A stretch of DNA of 64,000 nucleotides from Octopus vulgaris. Taxonomy: Eukaryota. A model generated the notes under the pieces. It was not told the DNA's origin and ran no database searches. It saw only the letters and a program-made list of their open reading frames with translations. Shown one piece after another: positions 62,536 to 64,000 of this stretch; position 1 is the first letter of the stretch; each line of letters opens with the position of its first letter. Where the stretch lies: assembly GCA_951406725.2 (NCBI GenBank), contig OX597814.1:72354001-72418000 (forward strand), read 5' to 3'. The position numbers and the translations under genes are program-made.

Positions 62536-62902
62536 ATAAGCTGTATAATATCCATTGACTTTCTTTAGCTTAATAACATCTTGCACTGTTCCATCAGTGG
62601 GTCCTGCTGTAGATACTTTGTGTTCTTTACTAGCTGAAGAAAGAGTGTTATTGGCTGAAGTTGAATTTGAAACATGCTTTAAGAGTTCTTTTACTGCAGT
62701 ATTGACCAAGGAATTATTTGTTTTATGCGTCACGGCAGCTCTTTGAGATCTGGATAACAAGAAACTGTCACTTGTCACATATTTTTTCACCTGGTCATCA
62801 GAATCACGCCGAAATAGTTTATGCTGAGAGATGAAAGTCTTTTTATCCAGAGTAGATATCATTAAACGACTTAAATCTTTCCCTTTCCGGTCCACATGCA
62901 AA
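62536..62902 (-). CDS. GPR107: GPR107/108 coding exon, lumenal N-terminal region (LHVDRKGKDLSRL...KKVNGYYTAY); earlier exons lie outside the window
   Basis: Minus-strand ttttcAG acceptor (62903-62904) and GTAAG donor; 367 nt open, phase 2-0; joins in frame to the next exon. Confidence 0.8.
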
Positions 62903-63797
62903 CTGAAAAAAGAAATAGACACAGAAAGATGTATTTAAAACAAAGTGAAACAATTGTTTTAAATTCTGACACAAAGTCAGCAATTTTAGGGAGTGGGTAG
63001 TCGGTTTCATTAACTTCTAGTACTTAAATAGTACTTATTTTATCAAGTCTAAAAAAATGAAACACAAAGTTGACTTTAGCAGCATTTGAAGTCATAATGT
63101 AAAGAACCTGAAGAAATGTTGTTAAGCATTTGAACCGATTGACTCCACCAGCTCACTGTTTTAACAAAGAGAAAAAATGAGCAATGAAATAAACTATAAT
63201 ATATTAGTATCTTTTTATTATTAACAGGATTCTAAAAAATATGCTATTCAAATAACATGCTGATCTTTAAAACTCCCAACTCTGCCTCTTGAGAGACAAT
63301 TTGTGGGGGAAAAATTCCAAAGATTTCAGTGAATATCTTTAAAAACTACTTTGTAATTCAAATATTGAATCAATAAAAAAAACTAAACATATGTTATATT
63401 ATCAGTAAAATACTGAAACAACATGTTGACTGAAGGTAAGTTTCAGCAAAAGCTAAAAATGAGGTCACCTCAATATATCTAGCATTTACTATTTGTATGG
63501 TTTTCCTTAAAGATCAATAACTTTAAATCAGTAGTTGTTAATCTTTATGATTTTATGGTGTAATGGAGAGTAAATAAACAATTACTAACACTTAGCATGG
63601 AAAGTTTAAAACTTAGTAAATAGTATAGAACAAAATTGCTTATCTCATTTTATTAATCACACTTGCGCATAACAAATTCAGGAATAACATGGATTTTCAG
63701 GAATAAAAAGCGGTTCAATCATTAGTATGGATTTTCTAAAGCCTTAACACACCTAGACATCTCTTACTACAGCTACACCCTTTGAGAACTATCTTAA

Positions 63798-64000
63798 CCC
63801 TTTAGCATTTAAACTGGCCATATCCAGCCAAAATAATCTTCAAACTGGCCAGATCTGGTCTCTCACATTTACCCTACAATATCGTTCTAAAAATTAACAG
63901 TTACCTCATCAAAACCTCAAAGCTACAAGGTAATACTTGACTAATTCAAATCAATGTGACTAAATAAGCATTACATTTGACAGGGAAATCTGAGTGCTAA
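63798..64000. mobile_element. piggyBac-type MITE running off the window end
   Basis: TTAA|CCCTTTAGCATT start; the window ends ...GAGTGCTAA, consistent with the start of the opposite TIR. Confidence 0.6.

Overview
AT-rich, microsatellite- and transposon-dense eukaryotic genomic DNA. The SINE/RTE repertoire looks like a coleoid cephalopod, most likely Octopus (inference). Two spliced genes converge tail-to-tail. On +, the last 8 coding exons of nucleoporin NUP188 (258-28691, stop at 28689-28691). On -, the last 11 coding exons of the lung-7TM/GOST protein GPR107/108 co-ortholog (62902 down to the stop at 33094). All exons were read with GT-AG boundaries and consistent phases. Introns and the intergenic gap are filled with mobile DNA: several copies of an RTE-clade LINE whose RT carries an inserted C4HC3 (PHD-type) finger, a second near-intact RTE-like LINE with a 10-bp TSD, an R4/Dong LINE in (TAA)n, a Penelope-like element, a Gypsy solo LTR and an LTR+gag fragment, and Tc1, mariner, pogo/Tigger, Chapaev3, hAT-MITE, piggyBac-like and Helitron elements, plus tRNA-derived SINEs. 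The most unusual signal is a tandem ~311-nt repeat between the two 3' ends (30213-30775). Each unit folds on the minus strand into a type I hammerhead ribozyme with a compensated U3-A8 core in place of C3-G8, i.e. a candidate non-LTR retrozyme (or Penelope pLTR-like) element.
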